A DNA stretch of 64,000 nt from an uncultured Actinomycetes bacterium (GTDB lineage: Bacteria > Actinomycetota > Coriobacteriia > Anaerosomatales > CAVRZR01), in assembly GCA_963725795.1 (NCBI GenBank), contig CAVRZR010000003.1:387359-451358 (forward strand), written 5' to 3'. How positions within the stretch are numbered: the first letter of the stretch is position 1; each line of letters begins with the position of its first letter. The position numbers and the translations under genes are program-made. Below the pieces are notes generated by a model. It was given only the letters and a program-made list of their open reading frames with translations. It made no database searches and was not told where the DNA came from. Positions 45,453-57,118 of this stretch are shown here, piece after piece.

Positions 45453-46958
45453 ATGTCCGACCTCGATAGCTCGCCGATCGCAGGGGGCCCGGCGGACGAT
45501 CCGTTCGCCGCCCGGCGTGCCAAGCTCCAAGCATTGCGTGAGGCGGGACTCGAGCCCTACAAGGACAGCTTCAACGCCACCCATCGCGCATCCCAAGTGA
45601 TCGACGAGTTCGGTTCGCTCGAGCCGGGCGGGGAGAGTGGCACCACGGTCTCGGTCGCGGGTCGACTTGTGGCTCGGAGGGATCAGGGCAAGCTGGCATT
45701 CCTGGTCATCCGTGACTCTTCCGGCGACCTTCAGCTGTTCTGCCGACAGAACCTCCTCGGCGGCGAGACCTTCGAGGCAGTGACCGCCCTGGATCTGGGC
45801 GATTGGATCGGCGCGACCGGGGAGGTCCTGCGAACCCGCCGCGGCGAGCTGTCGGTAGCTCCGCGTACAGTCGAGCTGCTCTCGAAGTCGCTGCGCCCGC
45901 TCCCGGAGAAGTTCCACGGCCTCACCGATACCGAGACCCGGTACCGGCAGCGCTACGTCGACCTCATCGCCAACCCTGAGGTGCGCGACGTCTTCCTTGC
46001 CCGGTTCAAGATCATCTCCGCCATCCGGCGGTTCATGGAGTCGCGCGGATTCCTCGAAGTCGAGACTCCGATGCTCCATCCCATCCCGGGAGGGGCCGCG
46101 GCCAAGCCGTTCGTGACACACCACAACGCACTCGACATGGAACTCTACCTGCGGATCGCTCCCGAGCTCTACCTCAAGCGCTTGCTGGTGGGAGGCTTCG
46201 AGCGTGTGTTCGAGATCAACCGTTCGTTCCGCAACGAGGGCATCTCCATCAAGCACAACCCCGAGTTCACGATGCTCGAGGCCTACCAGGCGTTCACCAA
46301 TATGACCGGAATGATGGAGTTGACCGAGTCGCTCATCACCACGGTCGCCGAAGAGGTCCTCGGTACGCTCAAGATCGTCTATCAAGGCACGGAGGTCGAC
46401 CTTGCTCCTCCGTGGCGAGTCGCCACGATGATCGCGCTCACGAGCGAGGCGGCGGGCGAGGATGTCTCGTTCGCGCGCACGCTCGAGGAGTTGCGGACGC
46501 TATGCGAGCGCCACGAGGTACCCGTCGAGCGTGCGTGGGGTCGGGGCAAGCTCATCAACGAGCTCTTCGAGAAACTCGTGGAGCACCGCCTGATGCAGCC
46601 CACGTTCGTCACCGAGTACCCACTCGAGACGTCCCCGCTTGCGCGCAAGAAGCCGGGCGAGCCGGACCTGACCGAACGCTTCGAGCTTCTGATCTGCGGG
46701 CGTGAGATGGCGAACGCCTTCTCGGAACTCGTCGATCCCGTGGACCAGCGCGAGCGTTTTGCCGCGCAGTCTGCGGCCAAGGCCGACGGCGACGAGGAAG
46801 CGATGGGCTACGACGAGGACTACCTGCGCGCGCAGGAGTACGGCATGCCGCCCGCGGGGGGGCTGGGCATAGGCATCGACCGACTCGTGATGTTGCTCAC
46901 CGACTCTGCCTCGATCCGCGATGTTCTGCTCTTCCCTCACATGCGTGCGGAAGCCTGA
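45453..46958 (+). CDS. lysS: lysine--tRNA ligase (class II)
   Basis: 501-codon intact ORF. FLEVETPMLHPIPGGAAAKPF, ELYLKRLLVGGFERVFEINRSFRNEG, GLGIGIDRLVMLLT. Confidence 0.92.
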   Translation: MSDLDSSPIAGGPADDPFAARRAKLQALREAGLEPYKDSFNATHRASQVIDEFGSLEPGGESGTTVSVAGRLVARRDQGKLAFLVIRDSSGDLQLFCRQNLLGGETFEAVTALDLGDWIGATGEVLRTRRGELSVAPRTVELLSKSLRPLPEKFHGLTDTETRYRQRYVDLIANPEVRDVFLARFKIISAIRRFMESRGFLEVETPMLHPIPGGAAAKPFVTHHNALDMELYLRIAPELYLKRLLVGGFERVFEINRSFRNEGISIKHNPEFTMLEAYQAFTNMTGMMELTESLITTVAEEVLGTLKIVYQGTEVDLAPPWRVATMIALTSEAAGEDVSFARTLEELRTLCERHEVPVERAWGRGKLINELFEKLVEHRLMQPTFVTEYPLETSPLARKKPGEPDLTERFELLICGREMANAFSELVDPVDQRERFAAQSAAKADGDEEAMGYDEDYLRAQEYGMPPAGGLGIGIDRLVMLLTDSASIRDVLLFPHMRAEA

Positions 46959-47117
46959 TCGCGTTCGATCGGCCACGCAATCTGAGTCATGGACACTCAC
47001 ATCTCGCTGGCACCACGCTTGCTCACCCTTCGATATGCCCGTTCGGCGTCAGGGCGGCGGGTATACTTACATCGACTACTCCGACCCGTCCGGGTCGTCT
47101 GTCTTCGGGAGGAAGCC

Positions 47118-49667
47118 ATGTTCGAACGATTTACTGAGAAGGCGCGCCGGGTGATCGTCTACGCCCAAGAAGAGGCGCGAATGCTGAACCAGAACTACAT
47201 CGGAACCGAACACCTGCTGCTCGGCCTCATTCGCGAGCAGGACGGGATCGCGGCGAAGGCCCTCGAGAGCCTCAACATCTCGCTCGAGGACGTGCACGCG
47301 CAGGTCGAGGAGCTCATCGGCCGAGGTACGTTCGTGCCGACGGGACACATCCCGTTCACCCCGCGCGCGAAGAAGGTCCTTGAGCTCTCGCTCCGAGAGG
47401 CCCTGCAGCTCGGCCACAACTACATCGGCACCGAGCACATCCTGCTCGGGCTCATCCGCGAGGGCGAGGGAGTCGCCGCGCAGGTGCTCCTCAACCTCGG
47501 TGCCGATCTGGAGAAGGTCCGGTCAGCGGTCATACAGCTGCTCTCGGGTCACTATGGCAAGTCGAGTGAGAGTGGCGAGGAACGTCGGGGTGGCGGGTCG
47601 ATGCTCGACGAGTTCGGCCGAAACCTGACCCGGCAGGCCAGGGACGGCAAGCTGGATCCTGTCATCGGCCGGCAAACGGAGATCGAGCGAGTCATGCAGA
47701 TCCTCTCGCGCCGCACGAAGAACAACCCGGTTCTGATCGGTGAGCCCGGAGTCGGCAAGACTGCGGTCGCGGAAGGCCTCGCGCAGCGGATCGCGGCGGA
47801 CGAGGTACCCGAGACGATCAAGGACAAGCAGCTCTACACGCTGGACCTGGCGGCACTCGTCGCGGGCAGCAAGTACCGCGGCGAGTTTGAGGACCGCCTC
47901 AAGAAGGTTATGAAGGAGATTCACGACCGCGGCGACATCATCTTGTTCGTGGACGAGATGCACACCTTGGTCGGTGCGGGTGCAGCCGAAGGCGCAATCG
48001 ATGCCGCGAGCATCATCAAGCCCGCGCTTTCGCGCGGAGAGCTTCAGACGATCGGCGCGACCACGCTGGACGAGTACCGCAAGTACGTCGAGAAGGATCC
48101 GGCCCTCGAGCGCAGGTTCCAGCCGATCATGGTCGGCGAGCCGACTGTCGCGGAGACAGTCGAGATCCTTCGCGGTCTGCGCGATCGCTATGAGGCCCAT
48201 CATCGTGTGTCCATCACCGATGGCGCCATCGACGCTGCGGCCGAACTGGCCAGCCGATACATCTCAGACCGCTTCATGCCGGACAAGGCCATCGACCTCA
48301 TCGACGAGGCCGGTTCGAAAATGCGCATCAAGATGATGACCGCGCCGCCGGACGTACGTGAGGTAGAGGAGCGTCTGAAGCGAGTACGCGCTGAGAAGGA
48401 AGCCGCCATCGAGGCTCAGGAGTTCGAGAAGGCCGCCTCGCTGCGCGACAAGGAAAAGCAGATTCTCGCTGAGAAGCGCACCATCGAGGAGGAATGGCTG
48501 AAGCCGGACAACCGCCGCATCGTGGAGGTGACCGAGAAGGAGATCGCCGAGGTCGTCTCGATGTGGACCGGTGTGCCCGTCACCGCGCTCACCGAGGAGG
48601 AGACAGAGAAGCTTCTGCGCATGGAAGCGTCGATCCACGAGCGCATCGTCGGTCAGGACGAGGCCGTCGTCGCCGTCTCCAAGGCCATTCGCCGCGCGCG
48701 CGCTGGCCTGAAGGACCCGCGTCGCCCCGCAGGGTCGTTCATCTTCCTCGGCCCGTCGGGCGTTGGAAAGACGGAACTCTCGAAAGCGCTCGCCGAGTTC
48801 TTGTTCGGCAGCGAGGACGCACTCATCTCGCTGGACATGTCCGAGTACATGGAAAAGCACACGGTCTCGCGGCTTATCGGTTCGCCTCCGGGCTACGTCG
48901 GCTTCGACGAGGGTGGCCAGCTCACCGAGCTCGTTCGCCGGAAGCCGTACTCGGTGATCCTCTTCGACGAGATCGAGAAGGCACACCCGGACGTGTTCAA
49001 CGTCTTGCTGCAGATCCTCGAAGAAGGTCGTCTCACTGACGCACAGGGGCGCAAGATCGACTTCAAGAACTCGATCGTCATCATGACGAGCAACCTGGGT
49101 GCGCGCGATATCGCAAAGAAGTCGATGCTCGGATTCACGCTGTCGACAGGCGAAGGTCTTGCATACAGCGATCTCAAGGACCGTGTGACGGGCGAGCTCA
49201 AGAAGCTGTTCCGTCCCGAGTTCCTGAACCGGGTGGACGAGGTCATCGTGTTCCACGACCTGTCCAGCGATGAGATCGAGCAGATCGTCGATCTGATGAT
49301 GGACCGGCTTCGCGAGCAGCTGCTCTCGCAGGGCATGGGGCTTACGCTGGCGGAGGATGCACGCGCCCTCCTGGCGAAGTCCGGTTTCGACCCTTCTCTC
49401 GGCGCTCGTCCGCTTCGTCGCGCGATCCAGCGTGCCGTCGAGGACCCGCTCTCGGAGCAGATCCTGGCCGGGCAGTGGAAGGCCGGCGACGTGATCGATG
49501 TCTACATGGAAGACGACGCCATCCAGTTCCGCAAAGGAGAGGGTCCCGTGGTCGCCCCGCTGGTCGAGGACGATGCGAAGCCGAAGGCGACCGTGCCCGC
49601 GCGTGGTTCCAGGCGGAGCGGTAGCCGAGCGGGCGGGCGCGCCTCCGGCGGCGCGGCCGGCGAGTAG
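47118..49667 (+). CDS. clpC: ATP-dependent Clp protease ATP-binding subunit ClpC
   Basis: [24 protein letters not shown] Clp-N repeats, two AAA modules ([18 protein letters not shown]), UVR-like linker. ATG 47118; the ORF is open from 46989. Confidence 0.92.
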   Translation: MFERFTEKARRVIVYAQEEARMLNQNYIGTEHLLLGLIREQDGIAAKALESLNISLEDVHAQVEELIGRGTFVPTGHIPFTPRAKKVLELSLREALQLGHNYIGTEHILLGLIREGEGVAAQVLLNLGADLEKVRSAVIQLLSGHYGKSSESGEERRGGGSMLDEFGRNLTRQARDGKLDPVIGRQTEIERVMQILSRRTKNNPVLIGEPGVGKTAVAEGLAQRIAADEVPETIKDKQLYTLDLAALVAGSKYRGEFEDRLKKVMKEIHDRGDIILFVDEMHTLVGAGAAEGAIDAASIIKPALSRGELQTIGATTLDEYRKYVEKDPALERRFQPIMVGEPTVAETVEILRGLRDRYEAHHRVSITDGAIDAAAELASRYISDRFMPDKAIDLIDEAGSKMRIKMMTAPPDVREVEERLKRVRAEKEAAIEAQEFEKAASLRDKEKQILAEKRTIEEEWLKPDNRRIVEVTEKEIAEVVSMWTGVPVTALTEEETEKLLRMEASIHERIVGQDEAVVAVSKAIRRARAGLKDPRRPAGSFIFLGPSGVGKTELSKALAEFLFGSEDALISLDMSEYMEKHTVSRLIGSPPGYVGFDEGGQLTELVRRKPYSVILFDEIEKAHPDVFNVLLQILEEGRLTDAQGRKIDFKNSIVIMTSNLGARDIAKKSMLGFTLSTGEGLAYSDLKDRVTGELKKLFRPEFLNRVDEVIVFHDLSSDEIEQIVDLMMDRLREQLLSQGMGLTLAEDARALLAKSGFDPSLGARPLRRAIQRAVEDPLSEQILAGQWKAGDVIDVYMEDDAIQFRKGEGPVVAPLVEDDAKPKATVPARGSRRSGSRAGGRASGGAAGE

Positions 49668-49673
49668 GGCCGA

Positions 49674-51026
49674 GTGGGCTCGAAGCCGCGCACGGTATGG
49701 CGCTGCCAGCAGTGCGGCGCTACGGCCCTGCGGTGGTTCGGGCGATGCAACGAGTGCGGCGAGTACGGGTCGCTCGTGGAAGAGATCGAACGGCCGGCCA
49801 AGCCCGAAAGGGTGGCCGGCCGTTCTGCGCATGTGGCGCTGTCGGAGCTCGCGTCGGAAGACGACGCCGAACGCGACAGCACGGGCATCGGTGAATTCGA
49901 CCGGGTTCTCGGCGGCGGGCTCGTGAAGGGTAGTCTCGTGTTGCTCGGCGGCGAACCCGGCATCGGCAAGTCGACGCTCCTGCTTCAAGTCGCCGAGTCG
50001 CTTGCCGGTCGAGGCTCTCGCGTCCTGTATGTGTGCGGGGAGGAGTCGCCGCAACAGGTGGCGCTTCGTGCGCGGCGACTTGGGGCCAAGGCTGACTCGC
50101 TCTTGCTGCTCCCCGAGGTCGACATTGCCGCCATCGAATCCGCCACTGAGGAACTCGGACCCGACTTGCTCATCGTCGATTCGATCCAGACCGCGACCGA
50201 CGGCGATCTTGGTGGGGCCGCCGGAAGCGTCGGTCAAGTGAGGGCTTGCACGGCTCGATTGATGCGAGTCGCGAAAGATCGGAATGTCGCGACGGTCATC
50301 GTCGGCCACGTCACGAAGGAAGGCGCCATCGCGGGTCCGCGTGTGCTTGAGCACATCGTCGACACGGTCCTGTACTTCGAGGGAGATCGCGATCACGCGT
50401 TTCGCGTGGTCCGCGCTGTGAAGAACCGGTTCGGTTCCACAAGCGAGGTGGGCATCTTCGAGATGGGCGAACGCGGCCTCGTGCCCGTGGAGGCGCCCTC
50501 GGCAGCGCTTCTCGCCGATCACGCGGATTCTGTCGCCGGATCGGTGGTCATGGCGACCGTCGAAGGCTCGAGGCCGCTGCTCGTCGAGATACAGGCCTTG
50601 GTGAGTCCGAGCTATCTCCCCGCGCCGCGGCGATTGGCCACCGGTATTGACTCGGGACGCCTGCTTCAGGTGTTGGCCATCCTTGAGCGCCGGATGGGGT
50701 TGTCGTTCGGGGGGCAGGACGTCTACGTGAACGTCGCTGGAGGACTGCGTATTGCCGAGCCGGCGGCCGATCTTCCACTTGCGCTCGCGCTTGTGTCGGC
50801 TCTGCTCGATGCGCCGCTCGGACGGAGCTTCGCCGCCTTCGGCGAGCTCGCCCTGACTGGGGCGGTCAGGCCGGTAGGGCGGACCGACGCGCGATTGAAG
50901 GAATGCGCGAGGATGGGTCGGGATCGCGTGCTCGCTTCGGTCCGCTCAAAGGAAGACTCAGCCGGGCTCGTTCAGGTCTCGTCGCTGGCGGACGCCGTCG
51001 ACGCCGCGGGGTTGCCGACCCGCTGA
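49674..51026 (+). CDS. radA: DNA repair protein RadA
   Basis: CQQCGATALRWFGRCNECG zinc ribbon, GGEPGIGKSTLLLQ Walker A, KNRFG motif, Lon-like C-domain. Confidence 0.92.
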   Translation: MGSKPRTVWRCQQCGATALRWFGRCNECGEYGSLVEEIERPAKPERVAGRSAHVALSELASEDDAERDSTGIGEFDRVLGGGLVKGSLVLLGGEPGIGKSTLLLQVAESLAGRGSRVLYVCGEESPQQVALRARRLGAKADSLLLLPEVDIAAIESATEELGPDLLIVDSIQTATDGDLGGAAGSVGQVRACTARLMRVAKDRNVATVIVGHVTKEGAIAGPRVLEHIVDTVLYFEGDRDHAFRVVRAVKNRFGSTSEVGIFEMGERGLVPVEAPSAALLADHADSVAGSVVMATVEGSRPLLVEIQALVSPSYLPAPRRLATGIDSGRLLQVLAILERRMGLSFGGQDVYVNVAGGLRIAEPAADLPLALALVSALLDAPLGRSFAAFGELALTGAVRPVGRTDARLKECARMGRDRVLASVRSKEDSAGLVQVSSLADAVDAAGLPTR

Positions 51027-51120
51027 CGCCGGTCTGTGCCCGTCCGTGTGGGACAATCGAGGTGTCGGTGCGAGGCGCATCGGAGCCGGGACGTTCGGGG
51101 AACGTAGGGAGTGGCGCTCG

Positions 51121-52182
51121 ATGGACGCCAGGACAGATGAGCTGCTCCGCTTGGAGCTGAGCAAAGTCGCACCGGGCACACGGTTGCGCGAAGCGCTCGA
51201 ATCCATCATCGCCGGGGGTACCGGCGCGCTCATCGTCATCGGCGACGTCGCGAACGTCGCAGCGGTCAGCAATGGCGGTTTCGCCATCGACATCCCGTTC
51301 ACACCGCAACGTCTGTTCGAGCTGGCCAAGATGGACGGGGCGATAATCCTCGACGGCGACTGTGAGCGCATTCTCAAGGCGAACGTCCATCTCGTTCCGG
51401 ACCCGTCGCTGCCTACCTCCGAGACCGGGATGCGACACCGCACCGCCGAGCGTGTCAGCAGTCAGACGCGGGCGCTCGTCATATCCGTGTCGCAACGGCG
51501 CGAAGTCGTGAACCTGTATCTGGCAGGTCGCCGCCTGACGCTCGACGAGATCGTTGTCTCACTCGCCAAGGCCAACCAGGCCCTCCAGACGCTGGAGCGC
51601 TATCGCACGCGGCTGGACGCCGAGCTGTCGAGGCTTACCTCGCTCGAGTTCTATGATCTGGTCACCCTAGGCGACGTCACCCAAGCGATCGGCCGCGTCG
51701 AACTCGTGCAGCGCGTCTCGCGCGAGGTCTCGCGATTCATCGCTCAGCTTGGCACGGAGGGCCGGCTTATCCGCATGCAGGCAGACGAGCTGACCGCAGG
51801 GGTTGACGACGACTACGTCCTGCTGTTGCGCGACTATGCGTCGGACCCGAACGTGCGCAAGATCGCGGGAGTGCGTGCGAAGCTCAGCGAGGTGCAGACT
51901 GACCGCCTGTTCGAGCCCGACTCAGTCGCGCCGATCCTCGGTCTGTCCGCGGCGACGTTGGGTCCGGAAGACCACGTCCGCGCGCGGGGGTATCGCGCGC
52001 TCGCCAGGATACCCATGCTTCCTTCGAACATCGTCCATCGCATTGTCGAACGTTTCGGGTCGCTTCCGGTTATCCTCACGGCGAGTGCTGCCGATTTAGA
52101 TGATGTGGACGGCGTGGGCGCTCGACGCGCGCGGTCGATCTTGAATGGTCTCGCGCGGGTTCGGTCGCATGTGACCGCGTGA
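51121..52182 (+). CDS. disA: DNA integrity scanning protein DisA (diadenylate cyclase)
   Basis: GTGALIVIGD...DGAIILD...ETGMRHRTAERVS (DAC domain), C-terminal HhH (LDDVDGVGARRARSI). Confidence 0.9.
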   Translation: MDARTDELLRLELSKVAPGTRLREALESIIAGGTGALIVIGDVANVAAVSNGGFAIDIPFTPQRLFELAKMDGAIILDGDCERILKANVHLVPDPSLPTSETGMRHRTAERVSSQTRALVISVSQRREVVNLYLAGRRLTLDEIVVSLAKANQALQTLERYRTRLDAELSRLTSLEFYDLVTLGDVTQAIGRVELVQRVSREVSRFIAQLGTEGRLIRMQADELTAGVDDDYVLLLRDYASDPNVRKIAGVRAKLSEVQTDRLFEPDSVAPILGLSAATLGPEDHVRARGYRALARIPMLPSNIVHRIVERFGSLPVILTASAADLDDVDGVGARRARSILNGLARVRSHVTA

Positions 52183-52293
52183 CCTCTCTTGTCGCTCGTC
52201 ACACGTGATAACATCGTAGTTTAGCTGCGGAAACGCGAAATATGCGAGGGGGTGAGATGAAGGCCGGTACGCCTCGTGCGCCAGCCCTGAGCC

Positions 52294-53385
52294 ATGATCG
52301 CCGAGATAACGCGTTACACGTTTGTGGTCGCCGGAGCGATCGTCGGCTACAAGACGACCGGCCTCTTCGACTGGACGGAGACGACGGGCTTTTCCCAGAA
52401 TCTGGTCATCTTCCTCTTCGTTCTCCTTGGAGCCTCGATAGGCTACGTCTTCGGCGGCATCATCGGTCGCGAGTTCGCCATCATCTGGTCCAGGATCGAG
52501 GACAAGATCCGCCTCACAGCCCCGTCTGATCTCCTTCTCGGGACGGCCGGCCTGATCGCCGGGTTGATCGTTGCGCTTCTCATCTCGGTTCCGCTCAGGT
52601 TCGTGCCGGCGTCGTGGCTTGCGATCGTGATGTCGGCGATGCTGCTGGGCATCGGTGCCTACGCTGGGGTGAGGATCGCGCTCGTGAAGCGCCGCGACTT
52701 CGTGCACCTGCTCGCCGGCGCGTTCCCCGGTCTGCTGAACGATGAGAATGGAGGCGCCCCGAACGGGGACGTGCTAAGGCCACTGCTGCTCGATACGAGC
52801 GCCATCATCGACGCTCGTTTTGCCGAACTGGTCCGTCTCGGCTATCTGAGGGGGCATCTTCGTGTTCCGCGCTTCGTACTTGCCGAGCTCCAGACTCTCG
52901 CTGACTCGGCCGACGACATGAAGCGCGCGCGTGGCAGACGCGGCTTGGATCTGCTGGACACCCTTAGCGCCAAAGACCTTAAGGTCGAGACGTTCGAAGC
53001 AGACTTCCCCGAATTCCCGGCCGTGGACGACAAGCTCATCCGGCTCGCCACTCAGGTGCGCGGGACGCTCGTCACGGTGGACTTCAACCTCACCAAGGTG
53101 GCTCGGCTCGAAGGGGTCGAGGTCCTCAACATGAACGAGCTGGCCGCCAGCCTGCGGCCGACCTTCCTTCCCGGTGAGGTCCTCTCCATCCGCATCGCCC
53201 GCGAAGGCAGGGAGCCCGAGCAGGGCGTCGGCTACCTTGAAGACGGGACGATGGTCGTCGTGCAGCAGGGCAGGAACCTCATCGGCCAGGAGGTCGACAC
53301 GGAGGTCACGTCGGTCCTGCAGACGTCTGCCGGGCGAATGATCTTCGCCCGAGTGCGCAACGGTTCAAACGGAGAGAGCCGGTGA
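52294..53385 (+). CDS. membrane-anchored PIN/TRAM domain protein (YacL-like)
   Basis: Four N-terminal TM helices, PIN core LLLDTSAIIDARF, C-terminal TRAM (GEVLSIRIAREGREPEQGVGYLEDGTMVVV). Conserved position between disA and ispD. Confidence 0.75.
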   Translation: MIAEITRYTFVVAGAIVGYKTTGLFDWTETTGFSQNLVIFLFVLLGASIGYVFGGIIGREFAIIWSRIEDKIRLTAPSDLLLGTAGLIAGLIVALLISVPLRFVPASWLAIVMSAMLLGIGAYAGVRIALVKRRDFVHLLAGAFPGLLNDENGGAPNGDVLRPLLLDTSAIIDARFAELVRLGYLRGHLRVPRFVLAELQTLADSADDMKRARGRRGLDLLDTLSAKDLKVETFEADFPEFPAVDDKLIRLATQVRGTLVTVDFNLTKVARLEGVEVLNMNELAASLRPTFLPGEVLSIRIAREGREPEQGVGYLEDGTMVVVQQGRNLIGQEVDTEVTSVLQTSAGRMIFARVRNGSNGESR

Positions 53386-54108
53386 CATCGGGCGCCCTCT
53401 CGCCAACCCTCGGGCTGATCTTGGCGGCCGGTGGCTCCGCCAGTCGTTTCGGCCATGCCGAAGGGAAGCAACTTGCTCCGCTTGGGGGCAAGACGGTTCT
53501 GGCTTGGGCGCTCGACGCCTTCCTTTCGCTGGATTCGCTGCGAGCCGATCGCTCTCGTGACGCATCCGGAGCGACTCGACGAGTATGCTGCGCACGTCGA
53601 GCCGCTGCTCGGGCCGGGCGTGTCGCTCAGCGTCGTCGCGGGCGGAGACACACGGCAGCGGTCGGTGTCGGCGGGTTTGTCGTCTCTGCCCACGAGCTGC
53701 GATCTCATCGCCGTTCACGACGGAGCGCGCCCGCTCGTGACGGCGCCGCTGGTGCGATCGGCGATCTCGTGGCTCGAGCAGGACAACACGGCGGACGGCC
53801 TCGTCGTGGGCCATCCCAGCGTGGACACCCTGAAACACGTTGAGGACGGCGTCGTCGTAGCGACACCGGATCGCACGCTGTTCTGGTCCGTTCAGACTCC
53901 GCAGATCTTTCGCGGAGCGTCGTTGCGTCTCGCCCATGAGCGAGCTGAGGCCGAGAGGTTCGAAGGCACCGACGACGCCTCGCTGGTCGAGCGCCTCGGC
54001 GGACGGATCCTCGCGTTCGCCGGACCGCGCGACAACATCAAGATCACACACGCGGAGGACCTGCTGGTCGCGGAGGCGATCCTTTCCGCTCGGATGCCGG
54101 GAGAATGA
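53382..54108 (+). pseudogene. ispD: 2-C-methyl-D-erythritol 4-phosphate cytidylyltransferase IspD (one frame change near 53540)
   Basis: GLILAAGGSASRFG...KQLAPLGGKTVLAWAL (frame 3) continues as IALVTHPERL...VVAGGDTRQRSV...IAVHDGARPLV...TPQIF (frame 1). Confidence 0.8.
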
Positions 54109-54590
54109 TGGGCACGACCCGTATCGGCCTTGGCTTTGACGTGCATGCCTTCGTCGAGGGCCGGCCGCTCGTACTCGGTGGGGTGGAAGTCGCGCACGAG
54201 CGCGGGCTTGCGGGCCATTCGGACGCGGACGTCGTGACGCACGCGCTGATGGACGCGATCCTCGGAGCGATGCGTGCCGAGGACATAGGCACGCACTTCC
54301 CGGACAGCGACGCTCAGTACGACGGGGCGCGGTCGCTCGAGCTGCTCGTTCATGTCGCGCGTTTGATGGCAGACGAGGGCTGGCGCCTCGTCGATGCAGA
54401 CATCGTTGTCGCGCTCGAGCGGCCAAAGCTCGCGCCGCATCGAGATCGGATGCGCGATTCCCTTGCCGGCGCGCTGGGTGTCTCGATCGACCGTGTGGGC
54501 ATCAAGGCCACCACGACGGAGGGCCTCGGCTTCACCGGCCGTGAGGAGGGCGTGGCGGCATGGGCAGTCGCGCTCCTCGAACGCGACTGA
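54105..54590 (+). CDS. ispF: 2-C-methyl-D-erythritol 2,4-cyclodiphosphate synthase
   Basis: RIGLGFDVHAF...LGGV...GLAGHSDADVVTHALMDAILGA...DIG..FP. Confidence 0.9.
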   Translation: MMGTTRIGLGFDVHAFVEGRPLVLGGVEVAHERGLAGHSDADVVTHALMDAILGAMRAEDIGTHFPDSDAQYDGARSLELLVHVARLMADEGWRLVDADIVVALERPKLAPHRDRMRDSLAGALGVSIDRVGIKATTTEGLGFTGREEGVAAWAVALLERD

Positions 54591-54748
54591 CCGCCTGCTA
54601 CGGGGCTCTCGCGGCTGGGCGCTCGTCTTCACAGGAAACGAGAGCATGACGCGGTGGGCTCGCGTTGACACTGTTCGGACGCGGAAGCGATAGTTAGCGC
54701 GCACGTCGGCCAAGCCGTGAGTCACACCGTGGAGCGAGGCGCCATCAG

Positions 54749-55555
54749 ATGTTCGGCCGCATCCGAGAAGACATACGTGCCGTCAAGGAGCGCGATCCCG
54801 CGGCGACCTCGACCGCCAGCGTGCTGCTCAACTACCCTGGCGTTCACGCCATCTGGTGGCACAGATTCGACCACTGGCTCTGGATCCACGGACGTCGCGG
54901 GATTGCCAGGTGGTTGTCGCAAGCGACCCGGTTCTTCACCGGCATCGAGATCCACCCCGGTGCGGTCATCGGCGAGCGCTTCTTCATCGACCACGGCATG
55001 GGTGTGGTGATCGGCGAAACGACGATCATCGGCAACGACGTCACGCTGTATCAAGGAGTCACCCTCGGCGGCACGGGCAAGGAAACCGGCAAGCGCCATC
55101 CGACGCTTGAGGATTGCGTGGTCGTCGGCGTTGGCTCTGCAGTGCTTGGCAACATCACGATCGGCCGAGGTTCGCGCGTGGGTGGAGGTGCGGTCGTCAT
55201 TGACGACGTGCCGCCCAACTCCACGGCCGTCGGCGTACCTGCGCGAGTCGTGGTGCGCGCTGGCGAGCGCGTCGACGTCATCGACCTGCACCACGAGGAT
55301 CTACCCGACCCCGTCGTCGAGATGTTCCGCTGTCTGACGCGCCGACTCGACCGGCTGGAGCGGCGATTGTCGGCTGACGAGGCTACCGGGGACGAGCGGG
55401 GCGAGCCCGTGTTTCCCGCGGCGCTCTCCGGTGAGGACGCCGAGGTAAGCGACCACACGCCGGATACGGATACAATGCCCGCAGAGTGCGCGGCGGGCAA
55501 CGAGCCGGCCTCCGAAACGCAGCCCTCCGACACCAGGACTGACAACCGATCGTAG
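54749..55555 (+). CDS. cysE: serine O-acetyltransferase with about 90-aa acidic C-terminal extension
   Basis: ERDPAA.S...[14 protein letters not shown]...[39 protein letters not shown] hexapeptide repeats. Confidence 0.85.
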   Translation: MFGRIREDIRAVKERDPAATSTASVLLNYPGVHAIWWHRFDHWLWIHGRRGIARWLSQATRFFTGIEIHPGAVIGERFFIDHGMGVVIGETTIIGNDVTLYQGVTLGGTGKETGKRHPTLEDCVVVGVGSAVLGNITIGRGSRVGGGAVVIDDVPPNSTAVGVPARVVVRAGERVDVIDLHHEDLPDPVVEMFRCLTRRLDRLERRLSADEATGDERGEPVFPAALSGEDAEVSDHTPDTDTMPAECAAGNEPASETQPSDTRTDNRS

Positions 55556-55620
55556 CCCGGTTCCCTCTCGGGTGCCGCCTGCGTTCCGGGTCGGTTCCCG
55601 CATCGACCACGAGGAATCCC

Positions 55621-57114
55621 ATGCGAGTCCACAACACGCTCACGCGACGCAAAGAGGAGTTCGTCACCCGCGAACCCGGGCGCGTGACCATGTACGTCTG
55701 CGGGCCGACCGTCTACAACCACATCCACATCGGCAACGCGCGAACCTTCCTCAGCTTCGACGTCATCAGGCGATACCTGACGTACCGCGGCTTTGAGGTC
55801 ACGTTCGTGCAGAACATCACCGACGTCGATGACAAGATCATCAACCGAGCCGCCGAGGAAGGCCGCTCGGCGGCCGAAGTGGCGGCCGAGTACAGCGAGG
55901 CGTTCATCTCGGCCATGGACGCCTTGGGCATCCAAGTGCCGACGGTGCGGCCTAGGGCCACCGAGACGATCCCGCAGATGATCGAGATGAGCGAGATGCT
56001 CATCCAGCGCGGACACGCCTACGTCGTCGATGGCGATGTGTATTTCTCGGTACGCAGCTTTCCCGGATACGGCAAGCTCTCCGGCCGCGATATCGACGAG
56101 CTGCAGGCCGGCGCCCGAGTCGACGTCGACCAGCGCAAGCGCGACCCGCTGGATTTCGCGCTCTGGAAGGCAGCCAAACCCGGCGAGCCGCATTGGCCGA
56201 GCCCGTGGGGCGAGGGCCGTCCGGGGTGGCACCTCGAGTGTTCGGTCATGTCCTATGAACAGCTCGGGCTGACGTTCGATATCCATGGCGGTGCCAGCGA
56301 CCTCATCTTCCCGCACCACGAGAACGAGCTGGCGCAATCGGAAGCCGCCTTCGGTGTGCCATTCGTGCGCTACTGGATGCACGGCGGCCTGCTCCAGGTG
56401 AATGCCGAGAAGATGAGCAAGTCACTCGGCAACTTCATGCTCTTGAAGGACGTGCTGGCCGCCTACGACGCACCGGTTGTCCGGCTCTTCATGTTGCAGA
56501 CGCACTACCGCAGTCCTCTCGAGTTCTCCACCGACCGGCTCGACGAAGCGAGCACCGCCTACGAGCGGCTCGCGAATCTCGTGAAGAACGTGCGTTGGGC
56601 GCGGGCCGCTTCGACGCGGGGCTCCGGCGCTCCCGAAACGGCACGAGAGCAGCTGGTCGCTGCCTCTCTGGCCGCGCGGGGCAAGTTCGAGCAGGAGATG
56701 GACGACGATTTCAACACAGCCGGGGCGCTCGCAGCCGTCTTTGGTCTTGCCAAGGCTGCAAACACGTTCCTTGCCGAGTATCACGCCGAGGCGTCGACGG
56801 ACGACCTTGTCGCACTCGCCGAAGCTGAGTCAGATGTCATCGAACTACTCGATGTCCTCGGTATCGCCATTCAGGAGACGGCGCATCATTCGGGCTACCC
56901 CCAGACCGTCGTCAGCCTCGCCGCGGACCTGGCCGGCTATGCGGGGTCCAGTCCTGAGGAAGCCGTGAGCGCGCTTCTCAGTGCGCGCTCGGTCGCGCGA
57001 TGCGAGAAGAACTGGGCGGCGGCAGATGCCGTTCGCGATGGACTGGTCGGGCTCGGTTTCACGATCGAGGACACCCCGCAGGGCGCTCGCGTCGAATACG
57101 CCCAAAGGGGCTAG
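55621..57114 (+). CDS. cysS: cysteine--tRNA ligase
   Basis: [18 protein letters not shown] (HIGH), KMSKSLGN (KMSKS), 497 codons intact. Confidence 0.92.
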   Translation: MRVHNTLTRRKEEFVTREPGRVTMYVCGPTVYNHIHIGNARTFLSFDVIRRYLTYRGFEVTFVQNITDVDDKIINRAAEEGRSAAEVAAEYSEAFISAMDALGIQVPTVRPRATETIPQMIEMSEMLIQRGHAYVVDGDVYFSVRSFPGYGKLSGRDIDELQAGARVDVDQRKRDPLDFALWKAAKPGEPHWPSPWGEGRPGWHLECSVMSYEQLGLTFDIHGGASDLIFPHHENELAQSEAAFGVPFVRYWMHGGLLQVNAEKMSKSLGNFMLLKDVLAAYDAPVVRLFMLQTHYRSPLEFSTDRLDEASTAYERLANLVKNVRWARAASTRGSGAPETAREQLVAASLAARGKFEQEMDDDFNTAGALAAVFGLAKAANTFLAEYHAEASTDDLVALAEAESDVIELLDVLGIAIQETAHHSGYPQTVVSLAADLAGYAGSSPEEAVSALLSARSVARCEKNWAAADAVRDGLVGLGFTIEDTPQGARVEYAQRG

Positions 57115-57118
57115 GCCG

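Noticed and set aside
48264-50522. 752-codon minus-strand ORF. Similar long antisense ORFs occur at 45342-46385, 55051-56382, 57233-58132, 61752-62882 and 53365-54426.
   Set aside because: All are antisense to unmistakable housekeeping genes (clpC/radA, lysS, cysS, rlmB, tuf, ispD/ispF). They arise because GC-rich codon usage suppresses stops on the opposite strand.
54591-54748. T-box-like element upstream of cysE-cysS (GCGGTGGGCTCGCG resembles the conserved GGTGGTACCGCG box; a UGC triplet lies near the 5' end)
   Set aside because: Only 9 of 12 positions match. The leader is only 158 nt. I could not fold a convincing Stem I/specifier loop or antiterminator by eye. It needs an Rfam scan before any claim.
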